Assembly (NCBI RefSeq): GCF_009914755.1
Contig: NC_060936.1
Source: the human T2T-CHM13v2.0 reference genome, Homo sapiens
DNA length: 64,000 nt
Strand: one strand, 5' to 3'
Shown: positions 1 through 29,257 of the stretch, piece by piece
How positions within the stretch are numbered: the stretch's first letter is position 1
Layout of the letters: each line of letters starts with the position of its first letter
The notes under the pieces: generated by a model
Database searches by the model: none
The model's input: the letters and a program-made list of their open reading frames with translations, nothing else
What the model was told of the DNA's origin: nothing
Program-made: the position numbers and the translations under genes

Positions 1-5274
<5,274 letters not shown>

Positions 5275-5439
5275 GTGTGAACAATCACATAATAACTGAA
5301 CCACCTTTTCCCGAATCTGCAAAATGGAGACCATGACGGTGATAAATCTACCCCACAAACTGGCTGTCAGAAATTAAGTACAACCAGGCCGTCATAATTT
5401 TTTACTCCCACTCTGATGGCACACGAAAAAGGAAATCTT

Positions 5440-6200
5440 TGGAAGTCAGGCGCCGAACGAGTCTGTGAGGGCCCTAAACCCAGCTGGCTCCGGGATGGCC
5501 GCCGCTGCCGGGAAGTGGGTTCTGACAAATGACAAACAGCAGAGGGAGCCTGACCCCGGGGCGGAGGAGGAAGTGGGCCTGACAGAAAAAGGAGAAGCTA
5601 GACCCCTGGACTTGAAATATGAAAAATAAAAAGCGCAGCCCTTGGCTTCGCTCTCTAGTGAGGCTTTGGGAACCCTGCCGGAGTCGGAAGGAGTAGACGG
5701 AGAGAGAGAAAAGGGCCTCCTCACACACCCTGGACCCTTGGCCCACTCCTGCCGCGCCCCCGCCTCCCACGACTGGCACCCCCGGGCCGCCCCAATCCTT
5801 CAGCAACCGGTCCCCTCCCCTCGCCTCCCTCCTTCTCGGGCCCCAGCTTCCTCTCTGCCTTCCGCCGCCCGCTTCTCTCGGCACACACACGGTTTCTCTC
5901 TGCTCTTCGCAATCCCCGCTGTCTCCCCACACCGTGGATCGAACCCTCACCGGCATCTTGGCGGCGCCCGGGTTTCAACCCAGAGGAGCAGGATCCAGGT
6001 ACAGCGGAGCGCTTCCGGTCTGGCAGCCTGGGCGAGGTAGGCGGAAGCGAAACGGAAGGGGCGGGTGCGGACGTGGAGCTTCCGGCCTTGCAGTTCCGCT
6101 TCTGGTTGCAGCGGCCGCGCGGATCTGAAGGAGGCGCCAGAGCACTAGGCAGGGGCCTTGAGTGGTGCAGCGTGAGGCAGCGCCCAGAATGGAGATGGGT
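5440..6200 (-). promoter_or_regulatory. CpG-island promoter and 5' end of ARPC3
   Basis: High GC/CpG; clustered ETS-type CGGAAG/CTTCCG motifs at ~6012-6086; GC box GGGGCGGG at ~6058-6065. Confidence 0.85.
5951..5956 (-). CDS. ARPC3: ARPC3 exon 1 coding part (Met-Pro only)
   Basis: gccgccaagATG CCG|gtgagg in CpG island; joins exon 2 in phase 0 to give MPAYHSS. Confidence 0.93.
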
Positions 6201-6265
6201 CTTGAGGTTCCAGAATCTGAGATCAATCACCTCTTTTGTATTTTTTTCAAATGTCACCTTTTCAG

Positions 6266-8135
<1,870 letters not shown>

Positions 8136-8726
8136 ACATTTTGCTTAATTAAAATGAATCAAATTAGACACTGCAGTGTACTTGTTATCTAGGTCCAAGA
8201 ATCATTAAAAACCTTTGTTTCTTTTATATATACACATACATATCTCAAAACATAGTTATTTTTACTTTTTAAGTTATATAAATAATATACATTTTCAATA
8301 TAGGAAAATGGGAAGATACAGATAAGCAGTGGTCTTATATATATCCTTGCAGCTTTTTCCCTTCGGACATACATATTTTGTTACAGTAATTCCTGCATCT
8401 CAAAAATAATACAAAAAGTGAAAATAAGTTTAGACCAGCCTTAACCTTAGCTCAGGTGCTAATTTATATATAAATCTATGTGCATTCATTTCAATTTTGA
8501 CTTACAAAATCTAAAGTGATGCTGTTATAATACTAAAAGATTCCACTTTAAACAGCAGCAGTTTCAGAATAATTAAAAATTTGATTCAGGCATGAGGCTG
8601 ATAAAGAACGAAGTTTTACTTTTTTTCATTAAAATAAGTAGCTTTCTACTATTGCATCCTTTGAAGAGAAGAATGTTCTGCTGGTTTGGCCACAAGCTCT
8701 TTAGATGGTTACTTTTAGTAAACTCT

Positions 8727-8789
8727 TCATTCATCCTGGCATTCTTGAAAATATTCGTCAAACATAGAGGAAGACTCATCTTCACGTTC
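8727..8789 (-). CDS. GPN3: GPN3 (GPN-loop GTPase 3) last coding exon 8
   Basis: cag|EREDESSSMFDEYFQECQDE* with TGA at 8729-8727; exon lengths sum to 855 nt = 284 aa + stop. Confidence 0.94.
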   Translation of the reverse strand, partial: EREDESSSMFDEYFQECQDE

Positions 8790-9435
8790 CTGACACAATG
8801 GAAACACAAAATAGAAAATATATTCATTTCCCCTCAGTCAGAACTAGTATGTGTTTATATATTTTTCAGGTAATACCCTATGTGGAACTAATTACCCAGC
8901 ACCAGCTCCAGGTGCTGCTTATAGGTAACTGTTAATAGTAAGAAAAGGCATGATTGACAGATTTTTTTCCAGTTATGTAGTAAATTAATGTGCTTCTATC
9001 CCAGAAGCATTTCTCATTTGAATTTACATTCAAGACGATTCTTGGCTAATTTCCTGTGATAGTGCTTTACTTCGCTGGTAGTCTAGTGGTCAGGAAAATA
9101 AAAAATAAAAAAATAAAAAAATGCTTAGCTGATACTATCATTAGTCTTCTCAATGACATACGTGAGGGCAGCCCAATTTCACCTCCTCTTTACACATACA
9201 CCCAAGCTCTAAGTACACACAGGCTTCATCATACTGCCTCAACAAAAGTAGAGTAAAAGTGATACTGCTTGTGGAGTACAGTGTTAATTTCAGAGATCAC
9301 CCAGAAAAGCCCAGTTAACTGCCATCAATAAGACAAAAAACTAATTTAAGGAGTCGCCTGGATTATGCAAGAGTCCAGTGAGTGCTGGCAAATATTTTTA
9401 TCAAAAGCTAACAAACACCCCAAACCAGAAATTAC

Positions 9436-9564
9436 CTTTGGTTCTTTAAATTCTAGGTCTTCTCCATATTGAATGGCAAAATCAATATGCTGCAATACAA
9501 TGTTCATGCTTTCTTCATCTGACTGATCGTAAGGTAAAAATCGAACCATGCTGTAGTCATCAAT
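9436..9564 (-). CDS. GPN3: GPN3 exon 7
   Basis: tag|[43 protein letters not shown]|gtaatt; 129 nt. Confidence 0.95.
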
Positions 9565-9988
9565 CTACAAGTTGTGGATTTCAAGAAAAGTTCATTCTGA
9601 AGTTGTGCAAAATACATAATTTTCAACTTATATTTGAGTTTTATAACCATTTGTACTTCTGAATAAAAACACTGATGTGTTTACAGGAAGAGGAGGAGAA
9701 GGGATAGCTAGACACAGAGAGTAAATCATTGATTTTTCTGACTTCTGATCTGCTAGAACACTTGTTAGCTTATTACTTTAACTAGACACTGTTTCACGGC
9801 TATTTATCTGAATTCAACAACCACTGGAAATTTCACAAGAGAACAAACAGTCCTGAACTCTCCAAATGGCTTGAAATAATAAGATGTTAGTTTATTTATT
9901 GGCCACTACCAATAACTACTTCTAAATTAAACTGCTGACTGACCAGCCCACAGCCCTTTTCCCTCCACTTTGCAGAAAATAGGGTTGA

Positions 9989-10369
<381 letters not shown>

Positions 10370-10486
10370 TGAGATAGGGTTTCTCTGCTGCCTAGGCTAG
10401 AGCACAGTGACATGATCTGATCATGGCTCACTACAGCCTTGACCTCCCAGGCTCAAGGGATCCTCCCACCTCAGCCTCCACAGTAG

Positions 10487-10753
<267 letters not shown>

Positions 10754-11278
10754 TGATCCACCCACCTCGGCCTCCCAAAGAGCTGGGATTACAGGCGTAA
10801 GTCACCGCGCCTGGCCTAATTTTTTTTTGTTTTTGAGACAAAGTCTTACTCTGTCGCCCAGGCTGGACTGCAGTGGCATGATCTCAACTCACTGCAACCT
10901 CCGCCTCCCGAGTTCAAGTGATTCTCCTGTCTCAGGCTCCCGAGTACTAGGATTACAGGCGCACACCACCATGCCCAGCTAATTTTTTTTTGTATTTTTA
11001 GTAGAGACAGGGTTTCACCATGTTGGCCAGGCTTGGTCTTGAACTCCTGATCTCAAATGATCAGCCTGCCTTGGCCTCCCAAAGTGCTAGGATTACAGGT
11101 GTGAGCCACTGCACCTGGCCTAATTTAAAAAATTTTTTTAGAGATAGGGTGTCACTATGTTGCCCAGGCTGGTCTTGAACTCCTGGACTCAATCTTGCTG
11201 CCTTGGCCTGCCAAAGTGCTAGGGTTACAGGCATTAGCCACTGCACCTGGCCAAAAAATCCAAACTTTAAAAGCTTAC

Positions 11279-11375
11279 CAGTCCACATATAGCTTTAGTC
11301 AGTTTCTTGAATTTTTTGCTTCTTAAGTCACTTGTAGAATCTTCTAATAAAGAATACATGTCTGGATCTAAAAAT
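11279..11375 (-). CDS. GPN3: GPN3 exon 6
   Basis: aag|..[32 protein letters not shown]|gtaagc; 97 nt. Confidence 0.93.
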
Positions 11376-11507
11376 CTTTAAAAGACAGAAAGACTGATGA
11401 ATTCAGGAGACTAGGTTTATAAACCAGCCAAACTTCCCATCTAAATAAAACAGAAGGTTCATCTCTGCAACTGAGATCTGATAATAATGGAAGAACAGTG
11501 AACTCAC

Positions 11508-11623
11508 TTCTCAATTTCCTTTTTTGCTTTTTTACTCAGCAGATCCATTTTTGTCATGATGTTGACTTGCGGAATTTCTAGAGAGATCATGGCACTCAGG
11601 GCTGCCAAGATGCCAGAAATAAA
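11508..11623 (-). CDS. GPN3: GPN3 exon 5 (G4 motif TKMD)
   Basis: cag|[38 protein letters not shown]..|gtgagt; 116 nt. Confidence 0.95.
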
Positions 11624-13141
11624 CTGAAGGAGGAAACAGAAAAGGGAAGATGAACTGACTGTTGCCAACAGTTACCTGGTCTGCATAAAGAGTCTTCTAT
11701 TCCTCACTGGAACAGAACTGGCCTAAATAAAAGAAATGCAAGCTGGACGTGGTGGCTCATGCCTGTAATCCCAACACTTGGGGAGGCTGAGGCGGGCAGA
11801 TCACCTCAGGTCAGGAGTTCAAGACCAGCCTGGCCAACGTGGTGAAACCTTGTCTCTACTAAAAATACAAAATTAGCCAGGCATGGTGGCATGTGCCTGT
11901 AATCCCAGCTACTCAAGAGTCTGAGGCAGGAGAATCACTTGAACCCAGGAGGCGGAGGTTCCCGTGAGCCAAGATTGCGCCACCACATTCCAGCCTGGGC
12001 AACAACGGCAAAACTTGGTCTCAAAAAAAAAAAAAAAAAAAAAGAAATGCCAGTTCAGAACATGTGGAAAAGGCAAAATTATTTATATTTTATTAAAAGT
12101 AATGCTAGCCATATAGAAAAAAATGTTCCCAAATCATTGGGAATCAAATGCTTGATTCTTGGTTCCCAAAGGTGAGGGAAGATATAGATAACATACAGTG
12201 ATCACAAATTTCAATTTAGACAGCATTTTAATTTCCTTTCCCATCTAATATTCCTTAAGAGCTATTAATAAAAAATTTGATCTTGGTAGTTCATAAACTG
12301 GACAAAAGGTCCTCAGAAAATTAAAAATAGACTATTTTATAAAATAGCCATCTGCTTCAGTTTTTTCTCCCCCACTACTTCCTCTTTTTTTTTTTTTTTG
12401 AGACAGAGTCTCACTCTGTCACTCAGGCTGGTGTGCAATGGTGCGATCTTGGCGATCTTGGCTCACTGCAACCTCTGCTTCCTGTACTCAAGCGATCCTC
12501 CCACTTCAGCTTCCCAAGTAGCTGGGACTACAGGCATGTGCCACAACGTCTAGCTAATTTTTATATTTTTTGTAGAGACAGGGTCTCACTCTGTTGCCCA
12601 AGCAGGTCCGAAACTCTTGGGCTCAAGCAATCCTCCTGCCTTGGCCTCCCAAAGTGCTAAGATTATAGCTGTGAACCACTTCACCCAGCAACCTCAGTTT
12701 TTTTCTTGGTAAGCAGTTCCTCCTAAATCTCTATGATATAATAATTTACTATTTTTGATTAACAACATGTTATAATTTAATAATAAAAGGGATAAAGTAA
12801 CTCTGGAATCATTTGTGAAATGTTCAGAATCACACAATAATTAAAGGAACTGTCATCTGCTTGAACTCATAGTTTAAAAATCTTTAAGAGAACTTTGGGA
12901 GGCCAAGGCAGGTGGATCACTTGATGTTTGAGGTCAGGAGTTTGAGACCAGCCTGGCCAACATGGTAAAACCCCGTCTCTACTAAAAATACAAAAATTAG
13001 CCAGGCATGATGGCACACACCTGTAATTCCAGCTACTCAGGAGGCTGAGGCACAAGAATCACTTGAACTGGGAGGCGGAGGTTGCAGTGAGCTGAGATCA
13101 CGCCACTGCGCTCCAGCCTAGGCAACAGAGTAAGACTCTGT

Positions 13142-13183
<42 letters not shown>

Positions 13184-13203
13184 TAAGAGATTTAGCTTCA
13201 GAC

Positions 13204-13328
13204 CTTGAATGACTCCACCATGAACTGAGAATCAACAAGAAAAACTCCACAGACTCGGAACTCCCACTGCTCGAGCTGCTGGACCAGCTGTTTCATCACA
13301 GGCAGGTGAGTGTACAACTCAATCTGAC
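13204..13328 (-). CDS. GPN3: GPN3 exon 4
   Basis: tag|(G)[41 protein letters not shown]|gtctga; 125 nt, weak donor. Confidence 0.93.
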
Positions 13329-13677
13329 CTACATGAAGAGTATTGCAAGAATTTTAGAAATAGCAAGTATGTTAAATCATCAAGTTAGAGGAAACAAATT
13401 TTCCCCATAAGATGGACAAAAATAAAAGCCAACACATTTTTAAGGGGCCCACAGCCTCTCAAAGCAATCATAAAACCTAAGGTACTGCCACCATAGGAAT
13501 CCCTAACTATTAAGTTTTATGTAGAAAATGAGGTTCTCTGGTTGGGCAGGGTGGCTCATGCCTGTAATCCCAGCACTTTGGGAGGCTGTGGCAGGTGGAT
13601 CACTTGAGGCCAGGAGTTCAAGACCAGCCTGACCAACATAGTGAAACCCCATCTCTACTAAAAATACACAAAAATTA

Positions 13678-13851
<174 letters not shown>

Positions 13852-14313
13852 TCACACTTTAGTTTTCTGCCAATCAATATGAGTGTTATTGGCCAGATGC
13901 CATGGTTCACACACCTGTAATCCCAGCACTTTGGGAGGCTAAGGTGGGAGGATAGCTTGAGCCCAGGACTTTGAGAGCAGCCTGAGCAATATAGTGAGAT
14001 CCTATCTCTACAAAAATAAATAAATAAGTGCTACAAAGATATCTATAGTTTGGGAATATTCATCAAGCTGTATACTTATGACATATATACTTTTCTGTGG
14101 GTATATGTATGGTCAATTAAAAGCAAGGGGAAAAAAGTGAGGGCCATAAATGGTCAAAGCCAGGTTAGGCTCAAGTTGAAAATTCACAATTTGGGCTGGA
14201 GGTGGTGGCTCACACCAGTAATCCCAGCATTTGGGAGGCCGAGGCAGGTGAATCACCTAAGGTCCAGAGTTTGAGACCAGCCTGGCCAACACAGTGAAAC
14301 CCTGTCTCTACTA

Positions 14314-14466
<153 letters not shown>

Positions 14467-14797
14467 TCAGTCTCAAAAAAAAGAAAAAAAAAAAAGAAAA
14501 TTCACGATTTGGCTTCAGAAGCCATGATGTGCTATTATCTGTCTCCTACCAGTCACACCTCATGACAATTGCCTCTTTGTTTATTATGCTCCAGCCACAC
14601 TGGCCTTTTCAGTGCCTTAAAACAGCTTTGTTCCTTCCTCCTGGGAGGTGTTCAGCAGGCTGTGCCCTCTGCCTTCCTCACCCTCAGCCTCCAGCCCAGC
14701 TGAAAGGCCGCCTCAGATGCCTCTCTAACCGCCATTATCTGTGTGATGATCTGTGCTACTCCTGTGGAATACTCAATGACAACTGAATATTAAATAA

Positions 14798-15139
<342 letters not shown>

Positions 15140-15388
15140 TAGCCAGGATGGTCTCGATCTCCTGACCTCGTGATCCACCTGCCTCGGCCTCCCAAAGTGA
15201 TGGGATTACAGGCGTGAGCCACTGCGCCCGGCCTCAACAGATATACTTAGTAAGTGACAGCCATTGAATAAGCTTGGTACTTTACTGCAGTATAGTTTAG
15301 AGCTACAAATACTCACTCTCCTTTCTCCTACTAAGGATGGAACTATCAAGACTTTAAGGAAGACAATGCATTCAAATTGTTGATTCAC

Positions 15389-15556
15389 CTGGACAATCAA
15401 AAAGGATATAGTCGTCCTCTACATGGCCAAGACAGTTCTCCAGCCAGTCAAAATTATTGGCAAAGTACTCCATGCAAAATACCAATCCTCCGTTGGGACC
15501 GAATCGCAGAGAATCATCCTCCATTACATCATCCACCTCGATCAGTTCCCGGATGT
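15389..15556 (-). CDS. GPN3: GPN3 exon 3 (GPN loop and G3 motif DCPG)
   Basis: cag|(D)[55 protein letters not shown](G)|gtgaat; 168 nt. Confidence 0.97.
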
Positions 15557-16247
15557 CTGAAAAGGACAGATAGGGCCCAGAATATATGTGTCCCTTCAAA
15601 AATTGTTATCCTTACTAGAAATAGAACATAAAAGTTAATAATTACATAAAAAACCCATATGCAGGAAATTATTTATGTACATGGCTTTTCCCTGTAGCAG
15701 TGTCCATCAATAGAGAACTGAGCAAATAAATTATTGTACAGCCCGACAATGGAATACTACACAGCCATAAATGGGGAAAATCTCTTTAAGTATTAATAAT
15801 AATACAATCTCCTAGGTATATTGTTCAGTGAAAAATGCAAGGTGCAGAACTGTGTAAGAATGCTATCATTGGTGTTAATAAAAGACAAAAATTCACTACA
15901 TAGACATAATACATATACATCTTGAATTTTATGTGCACAGGCTATGAAAGAACACACCAGAAACTGGTAACACTGGCTGCTGCCAGGGAGGGGAGCTGAT
16001 TGCTGGGATGCAGAGCTGAGAGGAAGATGTTTTCCTGTATACTTACTCTTTAGTACTTTTACATTATGAACCATGTGAATATGTATTACCTATTCCAAAA
16101 AAGTACAAAACCAAAAAAAGAAAACAGATTACCATTTCTTAACACAATGACACTAAGGAAACTATTTCACCTCCTTGAGCCTCACTTTCCTTATCCTGGG
16201 TTAGAAGGATGAGAACTATGAGATAATATATCAAAATCACCATCAGG

Positions 16248-17303
<1,056 letters not shown>

Positions 17304-17544
17304 ATCACCAACAGGAGAGGCTTAAAAAATTCTGGTATGGTTATCTTACTAATTTTGGGGAATCAGTATATAGAATCTTCTACCTTAGGTTTTTACTTAT
17401 TTTTGTGCTCAAACCTACATTCTCCATTCACAAAGGACTGAGCTTCATTCACAGTCACATTTATACTGACAACACCTTCCTACCCCCTCCCTCAGCAATC
17501 AATAACAGATAACTGATCCAAATTGGGACAATCAATCTGGCTTT

Positions 17545-22983
<5,439 letters not shown>

Positions 22984-23849
22984 ATGTTTCCCACACATAT
23001 GTTATTTGATCCATATCTTCACCATTCTCACTGTATTTGAATGTTCCTAACATTCCCTTAATATTTGTTTACAAGAAAAAATTTTATCCCTACTGTAAAC
23101 TGAAAACCACTTATATTTGACATAACGTGAAATTAGACATAAAATTATATAAAATCTTTAAATGTTCTATTTTTAGCTAAATACAGGTGCCTATTAAAAG
23201 CTCTGAGACTAAGAACTGCTCTCTGAAAAGACCTGGGGATTAAAGAAGTGCTGAAGATACACACTAGCACCGAGCACAACTTCTCCTAAATGCGAAGTTG
23301 AGAACTGAAAGAGAAATGAAAAGGGAACAATTTCCCTAACACATTATCTGATGCTCCTTAATGTGGGGTCCATGTACCACCTACCACCTAAAAGCACCTT
23401 AAATACCAAAAGTCCATGTCCCAAGTTCTGAGAAACAGTAATTAATGAGACCCCACTTTACCCTCCTGGGAGCGAGACAGGGCCGGATTCTGGAGTTGAG
23501 ACAAAACTGGATTTATATTTTTTTGCGGGGCAAAGAACTTAATTAACCTTTCTGTATCTCGTTTTCTGTAAAATGAGAAAAATGAGATCTCTCTCACAGG
23601 GTTGTTGTAGAAATAAGCGAGGCGTTTCATCTGCTGCCTGGGGCTTAAGTATACAATAAATATTAACAACTACCATTATTTCCCTTTCAAAACAACAACA
23701 AAAAAGAACGTGAAGCCAGACAGCAGAAATGAGTTGCGTGGGGTCTCAGGGTTCCCAGTACACACACCCGCCGGCTCACTCCCTCAGGACCCAATCTCCC
23801 GCCTTCCACGAACTCCTACTTTTCTCTCCTTGTCCCCGCAGATCCTCAC

Positions 23850-23897
23850 CTTCCCGCTGCCCGCGGGGCCCATGACCAGCTGCGCATACCGAGGCAT
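23850..23897 (-). CDS. GPN3: GPN3 exon 1 (P-loop GPAGSGK)
   Basis: ATG at 23897; MPRYAQLVMGPAGSGK|gtgagg. Confidence 0.96.
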
Positions 23898-24165
23898 GTT
23901 GGCTCCCGGAGCCGCCCGCCACACTCCCTTAGCCTTCGCGCGACGCCCACTGAGCTCCGGGAAAGTGAAGTGCGAACCAATCGCAATCCACATTCTTTCT
24001 ACGCCTCCAGTTCTACCACACCTCCTACTACGGGGCAGCCCGCGGGCCAAATCCCGTGAGAAACGCGTCCTGAGAAAAAAGGGGAGGGGCGAGGGAGAGG
24101 ATTTGCGCGTGCGCAAAAGTAGTTGATGGAAATCGGCCGTTGGGATGCTGTCTAAGCTTGGATAC

Positions 24166-24330
24166 CTGAGTAATAACGGACAACAGATAAAGCTCCGCAT
24201 CCTTGCGCCACGTGCTTCGGTCCGTGGTTTGCGTGCAGACGTTTGACCTGTATGGTGACCCTCGCGATTTGCAAATGTGCTGAGGATCTGGAATACTGAA
24301 GTGGAAGGCACCTCTTGTTTTGGGGAGCAT
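24166..24330 (-). CDS. GPN3: GPN3 alternative first coding exon (55 aa replacing the 16-aa exon 1; 323-aa isoform)
   Basis: ATG at 24330, 55 open codons MLPKTRGAF...LLSVITQ ending CAG|gtatcc in phase 0; 323 aa matches my recollection of an annotated isoform length. Confidence 0.6.
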
Positions 24331-24569
24331 GTATATTTCCCTCCTGTGACGCACTGCTTCCACAGAGAGGTGCAAACGTGCAAACGCTCAGCGACCGCAG
24401 CGCTCCTGCCCCTCCCCCACCGTAACTCCGGGGTCGCGGATCTGCCCGCCCCGCTCTCCCGAAGCTGTTCGGGCAGTGTCCGAACGGCTTCGGAGGGGCG
24501 AGAAGCCAGCATCCGAGCCGCCTCTCCGGAATACCAGCAGCCTGACGCACGCGTGCTGTCGGGGGAGGG

Positions 24570-24712
24570 ATGCTGGGACAGCTGCTCCCGCACACGGCTC
24601 GCGGTCTCGGCGCCGCGGAGATGCCCGGCCAGGGTCCGGGGTCCGACTGGACGGAGCGTAGCTCTTCTGCAGAGCCGCCCGCTGTGGCCGGGACCGAGGG
24701 TGGCGGCGGCGG
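24570..24712 (+). CDS. FAM216A: FAM216A exon 1
   Basis: MLGQLLPHTARGLGAAEMPGQGPGSDWTERSSSAEPPAVAGTEGGGG(G)|gtgagg; 143 nt. Confidence 0.88.
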
Positions 24713-25151
24713 GTGAGGTTGGGGGCCCCGGGGTAAGGGTGGCAGCATGGGGCCCCCGGGTCGTGAGGCCCCCGGGTCGTGAGCCCCGTGGAGGAGGGCT
24801 GCGGCCGACCTCTCGTCTCGGGGGCTGGCCCCGGTGCCCTCAAGTGAGAGGCGGGGAGCAGTTTTGTTGTGGACAGAGGGCAGAGGGGAGGACTGCCTCG
24901 CGGTTGAGGGAGGGTCTCTGAGGGAAGCTTCGGAGGAGCGTTTGGTGCAGTGGCCACGAGGTGACTGCGACAGTCGCCCGCGTGCATCTCTCTGCCCCGA
25001 GGGGGCGCTGCGAGCCCTGCTGGGACGTTTGCTGTCTGGCACAGGACTGTGTGTCCACCGAAAGGCGAGGCGGGAGGGACAGAGGAGGAAGATGTCCCCC
25101 GGTTCAACTGGGGGCATCCAGGCCCATAAACCAGTTCCTTCCCTCTAGTGA

Positions 25152-25411
<260 letters not shown>

Positions 25412-25666
25412 TAGGCTTGTGTCGAACCCCTGACCTCAAGTGAGCCGCCCGCCTCGGCCTCCCAAATTGCTGGGATTACGGGGTGAACCATTGCGCCCGA
25501 CCTCAAACGAGGATTTCTAATCGCCAATGAGACCAATGACTGAATATCCGAGGTGCCTTGATCTTGACATTTTCTTCACACTGAAGTTCCTTTTTTCACA
25601 AATCTATTTCGTTTTGAGCAGGTTTTTACACCTATTTCCTAGATAGTGAAGACAGCGAGCTGTTGA

Positions 25667-25997
<331 letters not shown>

Positions 25998-26376
25998 TAG
26001 CCAGGATGGTCTCGATCTCCTGACCTCGTGATCCGCCCGCATGGCCGTCCTTTTTGTCTCTGGTGCTACTGAAGACTTCTTAAAGATGGGATGGAGTCTT
26101 GGGTTTCTTTTCTGTTCTTCACAGTCCTTGGCCGACTGCAGGATCCTGGTGTATCAGGAGATACGTGAATTTTTTTTTTTTTTTTTATTGAGACAGAGTC
26201 TCCCTCTGTCACCCAGGCTGGAGTGCAGTGTCACGATCTCAGCTAACTGCAACCTCCGCCTCCTGTGTTCAAGCAATTCTCCTGCCTCAGCCTCCCAAGT
26301 AGCTGGGACTACAGGTGTGCGCCACCACGTACCTGGCTAATTTTTGTATTTTTAGTAGAGATGGGCATGAGCCTGT

Positions 26377-27480
<1,104 letters not shown>

Positions 27481-27815
27481 GCCTGGCCCATGAACTCTTG
27501 GTCATTGAATAAATTGCAGGATGAGGATCAGTTGTTTTGTCTTAAGTTTAGAAAAGAAAAAGAATTTGTACGAAATTAGAAACATTACAGACCAACTTAT
27601 TAGTTCTAGCACACCTTAATTACTATTCAAAGAACAGTCTTTCGGCATGGCGTGGTGGCTCACACCTGTAATCCCAGCACTTTGGGAGGCTGAGGCGGGC
27701 GAATCAGTTGAGGTCAGGAGTTTGAGACCGGCCTGGCCAACATGGCGAAACCTTGTCTGTACTAAAGATGGAAAAATTAGCCGGGCGTGGTGGCGGGCAC
27801 CTGTAATCCCAGCTA

Positions 27816-27917
<102 letters not shown>

Positions 27918-28380
27918 CTACCTCAAAAAAGAAAAAAGAAAAAAAAAAAAGAACAGTCTTTTCAATACCCAAATCACTTCATTAAAAATAAAGACAGCAA
28001 GATAATCACATGGATAGCCCAGGAGCCCCAACTACTTTATTGAGCTCACTGTAGGAATGAGATTAGGAAGCTATAAAATTAAGACCCAGGATAGGCATGG
28101 TGGCTCACATCTGTACAAAAATTAGCCAGGCGTTTTGGTGGTCCTGGCTACTTGGTGGCTGAGGATCGTTTGAGCCCAGGATTTTGAGGCTGCGGTGGGC
28201 TATGATCACGACACTGCACTCTAGCCTGGGTGAAGGAGGGAGACCCCATCTCTAAAAAAGGAAAGAAAAAAATCTTGGAGCCATTAGGATTTAACCAGAA
28301 TTATAGGAAAAAATTTGTAAGACATTATTTCTGATGGAAACATGAAAAGTAAAAATAATATGCAACACTATCCTTTTTTA

Positions 28381-28512
<132 letters not shown>

Positions 28513-28530
28513 CTAAAAATACAAAAATTA

Positions 28531-28743
<213 letters not shown>

Positions 28744-28771
28744 TTATTTATATGCTTTATTTTTTCAACAG

Positions 28772-28812
28772 ATCAGCTGGATACTCTTGTTACCAGAATT
28801 CCAAAGGTTCTG
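28772..28812 (+). CDS. FAM216A: FAM216A exon 2
   Basis: caacag|..SAGYSCYQNSKGS(D)|gtgagt; 41 nt; frame-consistent. Confidence 0.88.
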
Positions 28813-29032
28813 GTGAGTAGTGCATATAAAGCAGATAATACTTATAAGTAACATGGTTCTGAGAAGCCTATTTGTCTGTAACTACTTACACAATAGAGTT
28901 TTTTTCTTTTTTCTTTTTTTTTTGAGATGGAGTCTCACTCTGTTGCCTGGGCTGGAGTGCAGTAGTGCGATCTGGGCTCACTGCAACCTCTGCCTCCTGG
29001 GTTCAAGCGATTCTCCTGCCTCAGCCTCCTGA

Positions 29033-29257
<225 letters not shown>

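Larger units (their letters stand above)
23740..25120. promoter_or_regulatory. Bidirectional CpG-island promoter shared by GPN3 and FAM216A
   Basis: Dense CpG; divergent ATGs at 23897(-) and 24570(+); NRF1-like TGCGCGTGCGCA 24104-24115; E-box CACGTG ~24209; CCAAT ~23977. Confidence 0.88.

Noticed and set aside
23050-23440. Possible hAT/Charlie-type DNA transposon relic
   Set aside because: Resemblance only; I could not verify TIRs or a TSD.
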